From: Bifidobacterium longum subsp. longum JCM 1217
GTDB lineage: Bacteria; Actinomycetota; Actinomycetes; Actinomycetales; Bifidobacteriaceae
Length of the DNA stretch: 32,000 nt
Reading direction: 5' to 3'
NCBI RefSeq assembly: GCF_000196555.1
Contig: NC_015067.1
Location: 2,160,001-2,192,000, forward strand
Below the pieces are notes generated by a model, which was not told the DNA's origin, did no database searches, and saw nothing but the letters and a program-made list of their open reading frames with translations. The position numbers and the translations under genes were made by a program. The stretch's first letter is position 1, and every line of letters begins with the position of its first letter. This document shows positions 17,936 through 26,211 of the stretch, piece after piece.

Positions 17936-19342
17936 ATGTTCGTCCTCAGCAACGCCTGGCGGGCCCTGACACGTTCTAAAGGACGTACGGCCCTGACCGC
18001 GTTCATCACCTTGGCGGTCACCTTCGGCACAGTCGCCGGACTGGCCATCATTCAAGAAGATACCAACGCACACACCACCGCGTACGATCAGCAGAAGGCC
18101 ACGTTGGCCATTCGCCCGACTGCGGCTACGTGGAAGAAGGTCTCCGCTACGGACTCGGCTTCCACCAAGCATTACATGACGTGGACCTCATACACCGAAT
18201 ACGCCACGCTCGTCCAGTCGGCCACCAACTCGTTGAACTTCACGGTTACCGAAACCGTGCCGGCCCGCGTGAGCGGTGATTTGAAGGCCCTGGACGGCGG
18301 ATCGCTGGGCTCGGCCTCCGATGACGAGACCGGCGGCCAGCTCATTTGGCGAGCCTTCTGGACCAAGGATTCCGCCAAGGCCAGCGACCTCGGCACCTTC
18401 GAAATCGTGGACGGCAAGGACCTGAGCTACAACAACCAGTCCTCCAACCCGAACACCACCGGCGCACTGGTCTCTGAAGCGTTTGCCTCCGCCAACAACC
18501 TGAAGGTGGGCGATACGCTCGAGGTGGCGGCCGCCTCGGACGCCAAGACCACGGCCAAACTCAAGGTGCGCGGCATCTACAAGTACACATCCGAATCCGC
18601 CGTCGCCAATCCGGTGACGGCCGCCCGCAACCGCGAGAACGCGATCTTCACCAACTATCAGACCTTCGCCAAGGCCGGACTCGACCCACAGTCCACCGAC
18701 AAGACCGTCTCCGGCTGGGCAGTCCCGGATCTGGACGTGGTGTTCGACGCCGGTGATTCCGCTACATACAAGTCCTTGGTATCCACCCTCAAGAAGTCCA
18801 AGCTGCCCGCCAAGGGTTACGAGTTCTCTTCCCCCTCGCTGGAATCCTACAACGCTTCTCTGGAGCCGCTGGATACGCTATCCTCGCGCGCGAAGACCGG
18901 CACCATTGTGTTGGTTGCCGTGGGCGGCGTGCTGTTGCTCATCCTCGTGCTGTCGGGCGTGTGGGCGTCCAAGCGTGACGACGAGATCGGCATGGCACTG
19001 GTGTCCGGCGTCACTCGCGGGCGTTTGGGATGGCAGTTCATGCTGGAAGTGTTCATCGTCACCCTGCCCTTCTACGTGATTGGTCTGGTCGGAGGCGCGT
19101 TCGCCGCCAAGCCGATCGGACCTGCTCTGGCATCCGGCCATGCCATCCCGGTGACATCGGACCTGATTTGGACCATGGTCTGGTATGGACTGGGTTCAAT
19201 CCTGATCCTGGCGATTCTTGCCGCCCTGCGCCTTGCGTTCTTCAGCGCGAACAAACTGTTCGCCGCCGATGGCGACTGGGGCACCGTGAGCGAGACCAAC
19301 AAGACGACCACCACAACCGACGATGCGGAGGCACAGGCATGA
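17936..19342 (+). CDS. FtsX/MacB-type ABC transporter permease with a large extracytoplasmic domain
   Basis: The N-terminus is MFVLSNAWRALTRSKGRTALTAFITLAVTFG. A roughly 270-aa soluble domain follows, then three C-terminal TM helices (..IVLVAVGGVLLLILVL.., ..FMLEVFIVTLPFYVIGLVGG.., ..MVWYGLGSILILAILAAL..). The SD GGAGAACGGGAGAGG lies upstream. Confidence 0.8.
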   Translation: MFVLSNAWRALTRSKGRTALTAFITLAVTFGTVAGLAIIQEDTNAHTTAYDQQKATLAIRPTAATWKKVSATDSASTKHYMTWTSYTEYATLVQSATNSLNFTVTETVPARVSGDLKALDGGSLGSASDDETGGQLIWRAFWTKDSAKASDLGTFEIVDGKDLSYNNQSSNPNTTGALVSEAFASANNLKVGDTLEVAAASDAKTTAKLKVRGIYKYTSESAVANPVTAARNRENAIFTNYQTFAKAGLDPQSTDKTVSGWAVPDLDVVFDAGDSATYKSLVSTLKKSKLPAKGYEFSSPSLESYNASLEPLDTLSSRAKTGTIVLVAVGGVLLLILVLSGVWASKRDDEIGMALVSGVTRGRLGWQFMLEVFIVTLPFYVIGLVGGAFAAKPIGPALASGHAIPVTSDLIWTMVWYGLGSILILAILAALRLAFFSANKLFAADGDWGTVSETNKTTTTTDDAEAQA

Positions 19343-20460
19343 GCGACAGGAACAACGATCAGGAACTCGAGAAGACCACTGACGCAACGGCTGACGAAGT
19401 GACTTCTGAGACTGAGACGAACGACACCATTGAATCCGTTCCAGCTGACTCCGTGCAGTTCAGCGTGACCTTCGATGACGTTGATGACGAAGGCACTGTT
19501 GACGATGGTATTTACAGCGCACTGGCATCTGCCGAAACCGGAGAAACCGACGAGACCAGCGAGGCCGAAGCAGACGCCATCGCTTCGGTCAACGCATCCG
19601 CCGAAGTGACCGAGCGCAATGCCGCCCGCGTCAACGAAACACTCCGACTGGCCAAAACCGATCACAAAGACGCATTGGCCGAGCATGCGGAGCCTCAGGG
19701 CAAAGCGTCCGAACCCACCATGACGCTGGCCTCGCGTATCGATCGCGTGTTGGTGGGCGGCGGTTCCGACGACATTCTGCTCAAGACCTACCCGACCTTT
19801 GCCCTGAACAAGGTGACGGTCGCCGGCCCCAAGGGCAAGGTCAACATCCTCGATGGCGCGAATTTCTTCTGCTATTCCGGACACGCATACGCGCTGCTGA
19901 TCAGCGACGACCCCGATTCGGGCATCACCGCCGACGCCAAACGTCGCGCGCTGATGGGCGTGATGAGCGGTTTGGCCACGCCGGCGTCTGGCACGGTGAT
20001 GAACAAGAGCGCCAACATTGTTGAGCTCGAGCCCGTGGAACTGCGCGGCCACCGTCTGGGCATCGTACCGCAGCTGCACGCCGTGCAGCCGAAGCTCGAC
20101 GCCGAACAAAACGTGCTGTACGCCATGAATGCGTCCAACCGCAACTTCCTGAAGCCCAAGCCGGTGATCGCCCGCGAACTGCTGGCCAAGGTCGGCTTCT
20201 CTGAGGCCACCAGCGGCGTGGCTGTCGGCACATTGCCTTTGGTGCAGCAGCGTTTGGTGGCCATCGCCCGTGCAATCAGCACCGAGGCCGAGGTGCTGAT
20301 CCTCGACGAGCCGACACGAGGGCTGAACGCGGATGACGAGGTGACCGTGTTCGCCGCGCTGGCCAAGCTGGCGCACACCGGTGACCCGAAGCACTGCGTT
20401 ATCGTGCTCACTGCGTCGCGCGAGATCGCCGAAGCAGCCGACACACTCTTCGAAATCTGA
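19339..20460 (+). CDS. ABC-type ATPase homolog with degenerate catalytic motifs and an acidic ~150-aa N-terminal extension
   Basis: Its ATG overlaps the permease stop (ATGA at 19339-19342). Walker A reads GITADAKR instead of GxxxxGK[ST]. The signature reads LPLVQ instead of LSGGQ, and the H-loop reads LTAS with no His. Walker B (VLILDEPT) and the Q-loop (LGIVPQ) are retained. Confidence 0.75.
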   Translation: MSDRNNDQELEKTTDATADEVTSETETNDTIESVPADSVQFSVTFDDVDDEGTVDDGIYSALASAETGETDETSEAEADAIASVNASAEVTERNAARVNETLRLAKTDHKDALAEHAEPQGKASEPTMTLASRIDRVLVGGGSDDILLKTYPTFALNKVTVAGPKGKVNILDGANFFCYSGHAYALLISDDPDSGITADAKRRALMGVMSGLATPASGTVMNKSANIVELEPVELRGHRLGIVPQLHAVQPKLDAEQNVLYAMNASNRNFLKPKPVIARELLAKVGFSEATSGVAVGTLPLVQQRLVAIARAISTEAEVLILDEPTRGLNADDEVTVFAALAKLAHTGDPKHCVIVLTASREIAEAADTLFEI

Positions 20461-20477
20461 TGTTCAGACCATAGAGC

Positions 20478-20514
20478 CCCCTGTGATTCGTATTGCCGAA
20501 TCGCAGGGGTTTTT
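20478..20514 (+). terminator. Rho-independent terminator
   Basis: CCCCTGTGATTCG, a loop TATTGC, then CGAATCGCAGGGG form a 13-bp stem with one G-U pair, followed by TTTTT. Confidence 0.7.
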
Positions 20515-20583
20515 CAATGCTGCGGCTCATTGCCGCGCTAATCTGAGGATAAATCTGACCGTACGAGGCGAAACCTGATAATT

Positions 20584-21288
20584 ATGACCGGATATATTCC
20601 CACACTGGAGCAGATCGACGAGTTGCACCGCAAAATCGCGCCGTCCAAGGCGGCGTACGAGCTGGTGCACACGCATTGCGTGATTGTAGCGACCATCGGC
20701 TGCCAGATCGTGCGCCGGCAGAACGCGCTGTTCACGCGCCGCTGCACATTACCGAAGGACGCGGAGGTACCGCCCACCGCAGGCGTCACCGGCGGCCATG
20801 TGCCGCCGCGTCTGCTCGACGAGCATTTGGTACTCATCGGCGGACTGCTGCATGACATCGGCACCTACCGCGTGTTCAAGCATGACGGCTCTGACGGCGA
20901 ACCGCTCAAATTCAGCAAGAAACGCTACATTCTGCACGGTCTTAAGGGCTACGAGTATCTGCTCGACGAGGGCGTGGACGAGTCCATCGCCCAGTTCTGC
21001 CGCAACCATACCGGCGTGGGACTTACGCGCGAGGATGTGGTGCGCCAGGAGCTGCCGTTGCCACCAGCCGACTATGTGCCGATGAATCTCGAGCAGGAAG
21101 TGGTGATGTACGCCGACAAGTTCCATAGCAAGTCAGTGCCGCCGAAGTTCCTGCAGGTCGAGGCGTATACGGCCCGAGCCGAGCGATTTGGCGGAGAGAA
21201 CAAACAGCGATGGCTGGATCTGGTAGCCAAGTATGGCGTGCCGGATATTCCGGCGTTGGCGGAGAAGTATGGGATGCGGATGATTTGA
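20584..21288 (+). CDS. HD-domain metal-dependent phosphohydrolase
   Basis: The 234-aa product has H..HD..H..D landmarks: VHTHC, GGLLHDIGTY, YILHGLKG, CRNHTGVG and MYADKFH. Confidence 0.8.
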   Translation: MTGYIPTLEQIDELHRKIAPSKAAYELVHTHCVIVATIGCQIVRRQNALFTRRCTLPKDAEVPPTAGVTGGHVPPRLLDEHLVLIGGLLHDIGTYRVFKHDGSDGEPLKFSKKRYILHGLKGYEYLLDEGVDESIAQFCRNHTGVGLTREDVVRQELPLPPADYVPMNLEQEVVMYADKFHSKSVPPKFLQVEAYTARAERFGGENKQRWLDLVAKYGVPDIPALAEKYGMRMI

Positions 21289-21310
21289 GGCTCTAGGGGT
21301 CTCCCCCCAA

Positions 21311-21350
21311 GTCAGCCTGTCGGCTGACAGCCCCCTCGTCAGAGGGGGCT
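21311..21350. terminator. Two adjacent hairpins between convergent genes (possible terminators)
   Basis: The first hairpin is GTCAGCC tgtc GGCTGAC. The second is GCCCCCTC gtca GAGGGGGC. Neither strand has a clear U-tract. Confidence 0.35.
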
Positions 21351-21362
21351 TATGAAGGTATT

Positions 21363-22223
21363 TCAGATGGAACGGAGACGGTAGGTGCCGTTGCGGTTGG
21401 AGACGATGATCATCTGGTCGTTCTCCAGCACGTTCCAGCCTTCCTGCTTGTAGCCGGAAGAGGAGACCACGACACCGGCGGAGTCGCCGTTGTCGTCGCG
21501 CAGCTCACGGTAGCGCATCACACGGTAGTCGGCGGCCTGCTCGCCACGGCCGTACTCATCGTAGATTTCCACGATGCGCGGGCTGGTCTTCTCACGACCG
21601 GCGGCGCACAGGGCGATGAGCTGGTCCTCGGACTGAATCATGCAGTTGTAGCTGGACTTCGGGTAGGCTTGGCGCAGTTCGCGCACGGCCTGGGCCACGG
21701 CCTCGTCGAGCGAGAAGCCGAAGCCGATGTATTCCAGAATCACCGCGAAGAAGATGGCGGAGTCGGAACGGCCGCCGGTGGAGAGGAACACGCTGTGGTT
21801 CACCGGGTATGAGCGGTTGGTGACGATGTTGCGGCCATTGGCGTCCGAGATATCGCCGTTGTGGATGAAGCTCAGGCCGTTCGCATAGAACGGGTGCTGG
21901 TTCTCCATGATGAGCGGCAGATTGGAACTTGCCAAGCGCAGGTGCCAGATGGCACCGCGAGACGGTTCGTCGGCCAGCGCCTCAAACGTGCTGTCATGAC
22001 GGGCCGCGATGGTCGACTTGTAGATTCGGGTGCCGGTTTCCGGGGTGGGTGCGCCACCGTCGCGCACGTGCGGTGCTTCGGCAGGATCGGAAAGCTGGGC
22101 TACACCCCAGCCATCATTGTGGATTTCAGACAGTTCACGGAAATCCTCGACATTGTCTTGCCCCAACACAGCGTTGAGACTCAGGTTGAAGCCTGCCGTC
22201 GCGTATCCCAGTAATCTGCACAT
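21363..22223 (-). CDS. Class II (Ntn-type) glutamine amidotransferase domain protein, YafJ-like
   Basis: The 286-aa product begins MCRLLGY, giving the catalytic Cys2. It also has HNDGWGVA and HPFYANGLSFIHNGDI. Confidence 0.8.
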   Translation of the reverse strand: MCRLLGYATAGFNLSLNAVLGQDNVEDFRELSEIHNDGWGVAQLSDPAEAPHVRDGGAPTPETGTRIYKSTIAARHDSTFEALADEPSRGAIWHLRLASSNLPLIMENQHPFYANGLSFIHNGDISDANGRNIVTNRSYPVNHSVFLSTGGRSDSAIFFAVILEYIGFGFSLDEAVAQAVRELRQAYPKSSYNCMIQSEDQLIALCAAGREKTSPRIVEIYDEYGRGEQAADYRVMRYRELRDDNGDSAGVVVSSSGYKQEGWNVLENDQMIIVSNRNGTYRLRSI

Positions 22224-22316
22224 GGTATTTCAACTTACCGAAACCGTGTGGCGACGTGCGGCGACCGTTATAGGCATTCTTTATAGAGCGCATCAGCGCC
22301 GCTGCAAACTGGTATG

Positions 22317-24830
22317 TTATCGCTTCTGTTTGGCGGAGCGCTGAGGCTTGGCGGCGGGTTTGCCGTTCTCGGCCTTGCCCTTATCGCCCTTATCGCCCTG
22401 CTCAGCGGGCGCATCGGCGGCAGCGGCCTCAGCGGTCTTCCGCGCCTCGGCCGATACGGCGGCATCGAGCTCCTGTACCAATCGCCCAAGCCCGGACGTG
22501 GTGTCCATCGGGTCAGGGACGGCGGCCGGGTCGGCCACTGCACGAGTCGGCGTGGGCGTCGGGATGGTCTTGGCCGTATCGGTGCGCTTCAGACGCGGTG
22601 GGCGGCGGGTGGAGACGAACAGCGGCTGCACCTCGACCAACGGGTTGTAAGGTGCCAGACCGAACCACTTAACCGGCGAGCCGGCCATGTGGCGGATTGC
22701 GTACTTGGCTTGCAACGACAGGGCACCGCGTGCGGAAACCTTGGATTCCGGCATCAGGGCCTTGTGAATCAGCACGTAACGGATGGTGCCGATGTCCGGA
22801 TCGGCGTCGACCTTGGGGTAAATCGACTTCTGCTTAGGCAGTTCGCCGGTTTTGGACAGGTCGTGCATGATCTGGTGGATGTACGCCGGGATGGACTGCG
22901 AAACCTTGAATCCCAGACGGAAGCGCACGCGGTAGATGTAGTTCGTGCCGAAGTCCTCCACCGAGTATTCACGGGTGAACGGCTCGTCGGTGGTTTCCAC
23001 GCTGACTGCCCACCAAGCACGGGCGCGCTTGGGGTGGTCGGCGAAGATGGAGAAGAAGATGTCCGTGTCGAGTCGCTTGGTCTCCGAGTCGGAGGTCAGG
23101 TACACGATGTTGTCCGCAAAATACGGGATGCGGAAATCACTGTGCAGCTTGTCGAGCGCGGGTAGGAAGTCGTTGGGCCGCATGTGACGGCGTTGCGCAC
23201 GTTCGAGCTTGGTGCCCTCATTCCACGTGTACATGACGAACAGAATCGCGGCGGTCAGCAACATGGTGAACCAACCACCATGCAGGAATTTGGCCATAGA
23301 CGCGATGAAGAACATAGCCTGAATCGCCAAGAACAGCACGGTGAACACGATGGCACCGACCCGCTTGCCGGAATGCCATAGGTGGACGCCGAGCAACACG
23401 GTGGTGGTGATCATCGTAATGGTCAACGCCAGTCCATATGCGGCAGAGATGTGTTCCGAATCCTTGAAGATGGCGAGTACGGCCAGCGTGGAGATGCACA
23501 GCACGCCGTTGACCACCGGAATGTACAGCTGGCCACGCGTGCGGGCCGGGTACCGCACCTGCAGATGAGGCATCCAATTGAGGCGGGTGGCTTCGGAGAC
23601 CATGGTGAACGCGCCGGTAATCAGGGCCTGGGAAGCGATCACGCCGGCCGAAACAGACAGAATCACGGCCAGATAACGTACGTTCGGAGACATCATCTGG
23701 AAGAACGGGTTGAGTGACTCCATCGCAGTGTATTGCGGGTTATCGCTATTGGCCAGCATCCACGCGCCTTGGCCGAAGTAGTTGAGCACCAGCGCAACCT
23801 TGATGAATGGCCAAGTGAAGTAGATGTTGCCGCGCCCCACGTGGCCCATGTCGGAGTACAGCGCCTCGGCACCGGTGGTCGAGAGGAACACGGTGCCCAT
23901 AAGGGCGATGCCGGCAGCATTGTTCGGGCTGAACAGGAATTTGATGCCGTACACCGGGTTCAGGGCCTCGAACACAGACCAGTCGTTAGAGAGATTCGTG
24001 ACGCCCACGATGGCGAGGAAGCCGAACCAGACCAGCACCATCGAGCCGAATACTTTGCCGATGCTTTCGGTGCCGCGCGACTGCACGGAGAAGAGAATCA
24101 CGATGATCACGACGGTGATCATCAGGGTCAGGCTTGGGTTTTCGTCGAACAACCCTTCCAATGGCGGCAGGGTCTGCAAGCCTTCGACTGCGGAACTGAT
24201 GGAAACCGCCGGGGTAAGTACCGAATCCGCGAGGAATGCCGCGCCGCCGAGCATGGCGGGAATCGCGAGCCATGCGCCGTACTTGCGAATCAACGAGTAC
24301 AGTGCGAAGATGCCGCCTTCGCCATTGTTGTCGATGCGCATGGCGATGAGCACATATTTGACGGTAGTGATCAGCGTAATCGACCAGAAGACCAGCGACA
24401 GCATGCCGAGCACGGCCTCTCGGTCTACGCTGCCAAGCCCTCCCTGACCGGCAAGGAAGGTCTGCGCGGTGTACAAGGGCGAGGTGCCGATGTCGCCGTA
24501 CACCACGCCGAGCGCCACGATTGCCATGCCCCAGGTGACCTTGTCTGGGCTGGATTGCAGGCGGGCCCACCATCGACCGAGGCCGCCTTTCGACCATGCG
24601 CTGGCGATTTTCTCGGCTTCTTTGGTTTCAGCTTCCCTCTGCTTGGCGAGTGCCTCGCGCTCCTCCTTGGTGAGAGTGCGGCGGGACACCTTGGGAGCGT
24701 TGGTAAAGGTGTCGGCCCTCAGCAGTGCTTCTTCTTCCTGTCGGGCCTTGGCTTTGGCGGCACCAGACTGGGCTTTCTGGGCCTTTGAGGCTTTTTGGGC
24801 ACGTGCGGTCCTTTGGTTCGACTCAGCCAT
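22317..24830 (-). CDS. kup: KUP/HAK/KT potassium uptake transporter with long basic N- and C-terminal tails
   Basis: The 837-aa product has VALGVVYGDIGTSPLYT and a polytopic core. The SD GGAGG lies 9 nt upstream of ATG 24830. Confidence 0.92.
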   Translation of the reverse strand: MAESNQRTARAQKASKAQKAQSGAAKAKARQEEEALLRADTFTNAPKVSRRTLTKEEREALAKQREAETKEAEKIASAWSKGGLGRWWARLQSSPDKVTWGMAIVALGVVYGDIGTSPLYTAQTFLAGQGGLGSVDREAVLGMLSLVFWSITLITTVKYVLIAMRIDNNGEGGIFALYSLIRKYGAWLAIPAMLGGAAFLADSVLTPAVSISSAVEGLQTLPPLEGLFDENPSLTLMITVVIIVILFSVQSRGTESIGKVFGSMVLVWFGFLAIVGVTNLSNDWSVFEALNPVYGIKFLFSPNNAAGIALMGTVFLSTTGAEALYSDMGHVGRGNIYFTWPFIKVALVLNYFGQGAWMLANSDNPQYTAMESLNPFFQMMSPNVRYLAVILSVSAGVIASQALITGAFTMVSEATRLNWMPHLQVRYPARTRGQLYIPVVNGVLCISTLAVLAIFKDSEHISAAYGLALTITMITTTVLLGVHLWHSGKRVGAIVFTVLFLAIQAMFFIASMAKFLHGGWFTMLLTAAILFVMYTWNEGTKLERAQRRHMRPNDFLPALDKLHSDFRIPYFADNIVYLTSDSETKRLDTDIFFSIFADHPKRARAWWAVSVETTDEPFTREYSVEDFGTNYIYRVRFRLGFKVSQSIPAYIHQIMHDLSKTGELPKQKSIYPKVDADPDIGTIRYVLIHKALMPESKVSARGALSLQAKYAIRHMAGSPVKWFGLAPYNPLVEVQPLFVSTRRPPRLKRTDTAKTIPTPTPTRAVADPAAVPDPMDTTSGLGRLVQELDAAVSAEARKTAEAAAADAPAEQGDKGDKGKAENGKPAAKPQRSAKQKR

Positions 24831-24886
24831 ACGTTCAGTCCTCCATTGAGGTGGAGATCATCCCCCTCGCTTATGTCAAACACATC

Positions 24887-24915
24887 ATGATAGACCTCGT
24901 TCACAATTCTGACAA
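24887..24915 (-). promoter_or_regulatory. Candidate sigma-70-type promoter for kup
   Basis: On the minus strand, TTGTCA (24915-24910) is followed by a 17-nt spacer and TATCAT (24892-24887). This is pattern matching only. Confidence 0.3.
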
Positions 24916-24972
24916 ATTTTACAAGTCAACACATCGTCTCTACACGCGCCGCGACGGCCGCACACCCGGCCC

Positions 24973-25932
24973 TCACAGTCCGTATACGGCGCGGGCGGTA
25001 TCGCGGGTGCCGCGCGCCACATCCGCGATGGGCAAGTCGAGCGTATCGGCCATGGCCCGCAAGGTGTAGGGAATCATGTACGGCGCGTTGGTGCGGCCAC
25101 GATACGGCATGGGCGTCAGATACGGCGCGTCGGTTTCGACCATCGCATGGTCCAGCCCCACAATCCGTAGCGATTCGCGGATACCGTCATTGCCTTTGTA
25201 GCTCACGGTGCCGGAGAAGCTCAGATACCAGCCATGTTCGCGCGCGATCTCGGCCATCTCACGGTCGCCGGAATACGAGTGGAATACGGTGCGTTCGGGC
25301 GCGCCGTCGGCCAGCAGGGTTTCGATGACCTCGCGATGGGAGTCGCGGTCGTGAATCTGCATGGGCAGGCCCAGTTCCTTGGCCAGGGCAATATGCGCGC
25401 GGAAAGCCTCGCGCTGCAGTTCCTTGGCACCTTCGCCGGTGCGGAAGAGGTCCATGCCGGTCTCGCCGATAGCCACCACTTGCTCGGGGTATGTGGTGGC
25501 GAGGCGATGTACTTCGGCGAGCGCGTCCTCGAAAGACGTGTCATGGTAAGGCTTGTATTTGAGGGGCAGACCATCCGGCCCCGGCACACCGCGATGCCCG
25601 TGGAGCACGGACTCATTGGGGTGTATTGCGAGCGCCGCGTGCACATTACCCGGATGATCGAGGGCCATCTGGACGGCGGTCATCAGGTGCGGCAGCTCGC
25701 AACCGCAGTCGATAATACCCCCAATGCCGACAGATTGCGCCTGCGCCAGCAATTGGTCGACGTCGTACACCGGGACTTCGGGCTGTCCCTTCTCCTGCGC
25801 CTCATGGCTCATAGCGCGCGCGAAAGGGATTACGGAGGCCACGTGAGTGTGGTTGTCGATGGTCTGGGCATCGTCCGGCAATGCTTCAGGTGCCGGAGCC
25901 CAGCTACGGTCGCGATGGTGGTGCTTGCTCAT
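24973..25932 (-). CDS. TatD-family metal-dependent hydrolase/DNase
   Basis: The 319-aa product has IDNHTHV near the N-terminus, plus ..AIGETGMDL.., ..PMQIHDRDSH.., ..VFHSYSGD.. and ..MVETDAPYLTP. Confidence 0.88.
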   Translation of the reverse strand: MSKHHHRDRSWAPAPEALPDDAQTIDNHTHVASVIPFARAMSHEAQEKGQPEVPVYDVDQLLAQAQSVGIGGIIDCGCELPHLMTAVQMALDHPGNVHAALAIHPNESVLHGHRGVPGPDGLPLKYKPYHDTSFEDALAEVHRLATTYPEQVVAIGETGMDLFRTGEGAKELQREAFRAHIALAKELGLPMQIHDRDSHREVIETLLADGAPERTVFHSYSGDREMAEIAREHGWYLSFSGTVSYKGNDGIRESLRIVGLDHAMVETDAPYLTPMPYRGRTNAPYMIPYTLRAMADTLDLPIADVARGTRDTARAVYGL

Positions 25933-25933
25933 G

Positions 25934-25967
25934 GTTTCTCAGTGTAGGCTGTTTCTCAGTGTAGGCT
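25934..25967. repeat. Perfect 17-bp tandem duplication immediately 5' of the tatD-like start codon
   Basis: GTTTCTCAGTGTAGGCT occurs twice (25934-25950 and 25951-25967). The ATG is at 25932-25930 on the minus strand. Confidence 0.9.
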
Positions 25968-26065
25968 ACCGCCAGCAACGCTCGTAAGGCAGTCCGGTAA
26001 GACGTTCGACTACACGACGGGTATCGTCGGTCACGCCCGCCTGAACTTGCCGTTTCTTGCCACGA

Positions 26066-26091
26066 GCGCAACATTCCCGGGAGAGTAGCGC
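26066..26091. repeat. 26-nt quasi-palindromic motif, copy 1 of 3
   Basis: GCGCAACATTCCCGGGAGAGTAGCGC has a TCCCGGGA centre and GCGC ends. It is nested inside a 7-bp outer stem, CTTGCCG (26046-26052) with CGGCAAG (26094-26100). Confidence 0.5.
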
Positions 26092-26126
26092 AACCGGCAA
26101 GCGAGACGGTCGCCATCCTGCCGCCT

Positions 26127-26210
26127 TTTTCTGCATCATCAGCCCATTTTCTGCCTCATTTTGATAAAATATGATGCAGAAAAGTTCGTATGATGCAGAA
26201 AATGAGGCAG
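26127..26210. promoter_or_regulatory. Array of five copies of a 13-bp motif (ATGATGCAGAAAA and its complement) spanning the fic promoter and RBS
   Basis: The copies are TTTTCTGCATCAT (26127-39), TTTTCTGCCTCAT (26147-59), ATGATGCAGAAAA (26171-83 and 26190-202) and a partial ATGAGGCAG (26202-10). An extended -10, TGaTAAAAT, lies at 26162-26170. The fic ATG is at 26212. Confidence 0.5.
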
Positions 26211-26211
26211 T

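Noticed and set aside
19072-20444. 440-aa and 190-aa minus-strand ORFs opposite the ABC ATPase homolog.
   Set aside because: They are antisense shadows with low-complexity translations. The plus-strand frame shows Walker B and Q-loop homology and ATGA coupling to the permease.
24831-24972. I looked for a c-di-AMP (ydaO/kimA-type) or other riboswitch in the kup leader.
   Set aside because: The whole tatD-kup intergenic region is only about 140 nt. It appears to be taken up by a promoter-like TTGTCA/TATCAT pair and an SD, and I could not see the pseudo-symmetric conserved helices of that riboswitch. A covariance-model scan would be needed to be sure.
22314-25947. Plus-strand ORFs (22314-23165, 23733-24788, 23824-24447, 24469-24849, 25234-25947) opposite kup and tatD.
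   Set aside because: They are antisense shadows of strongly supported genes.
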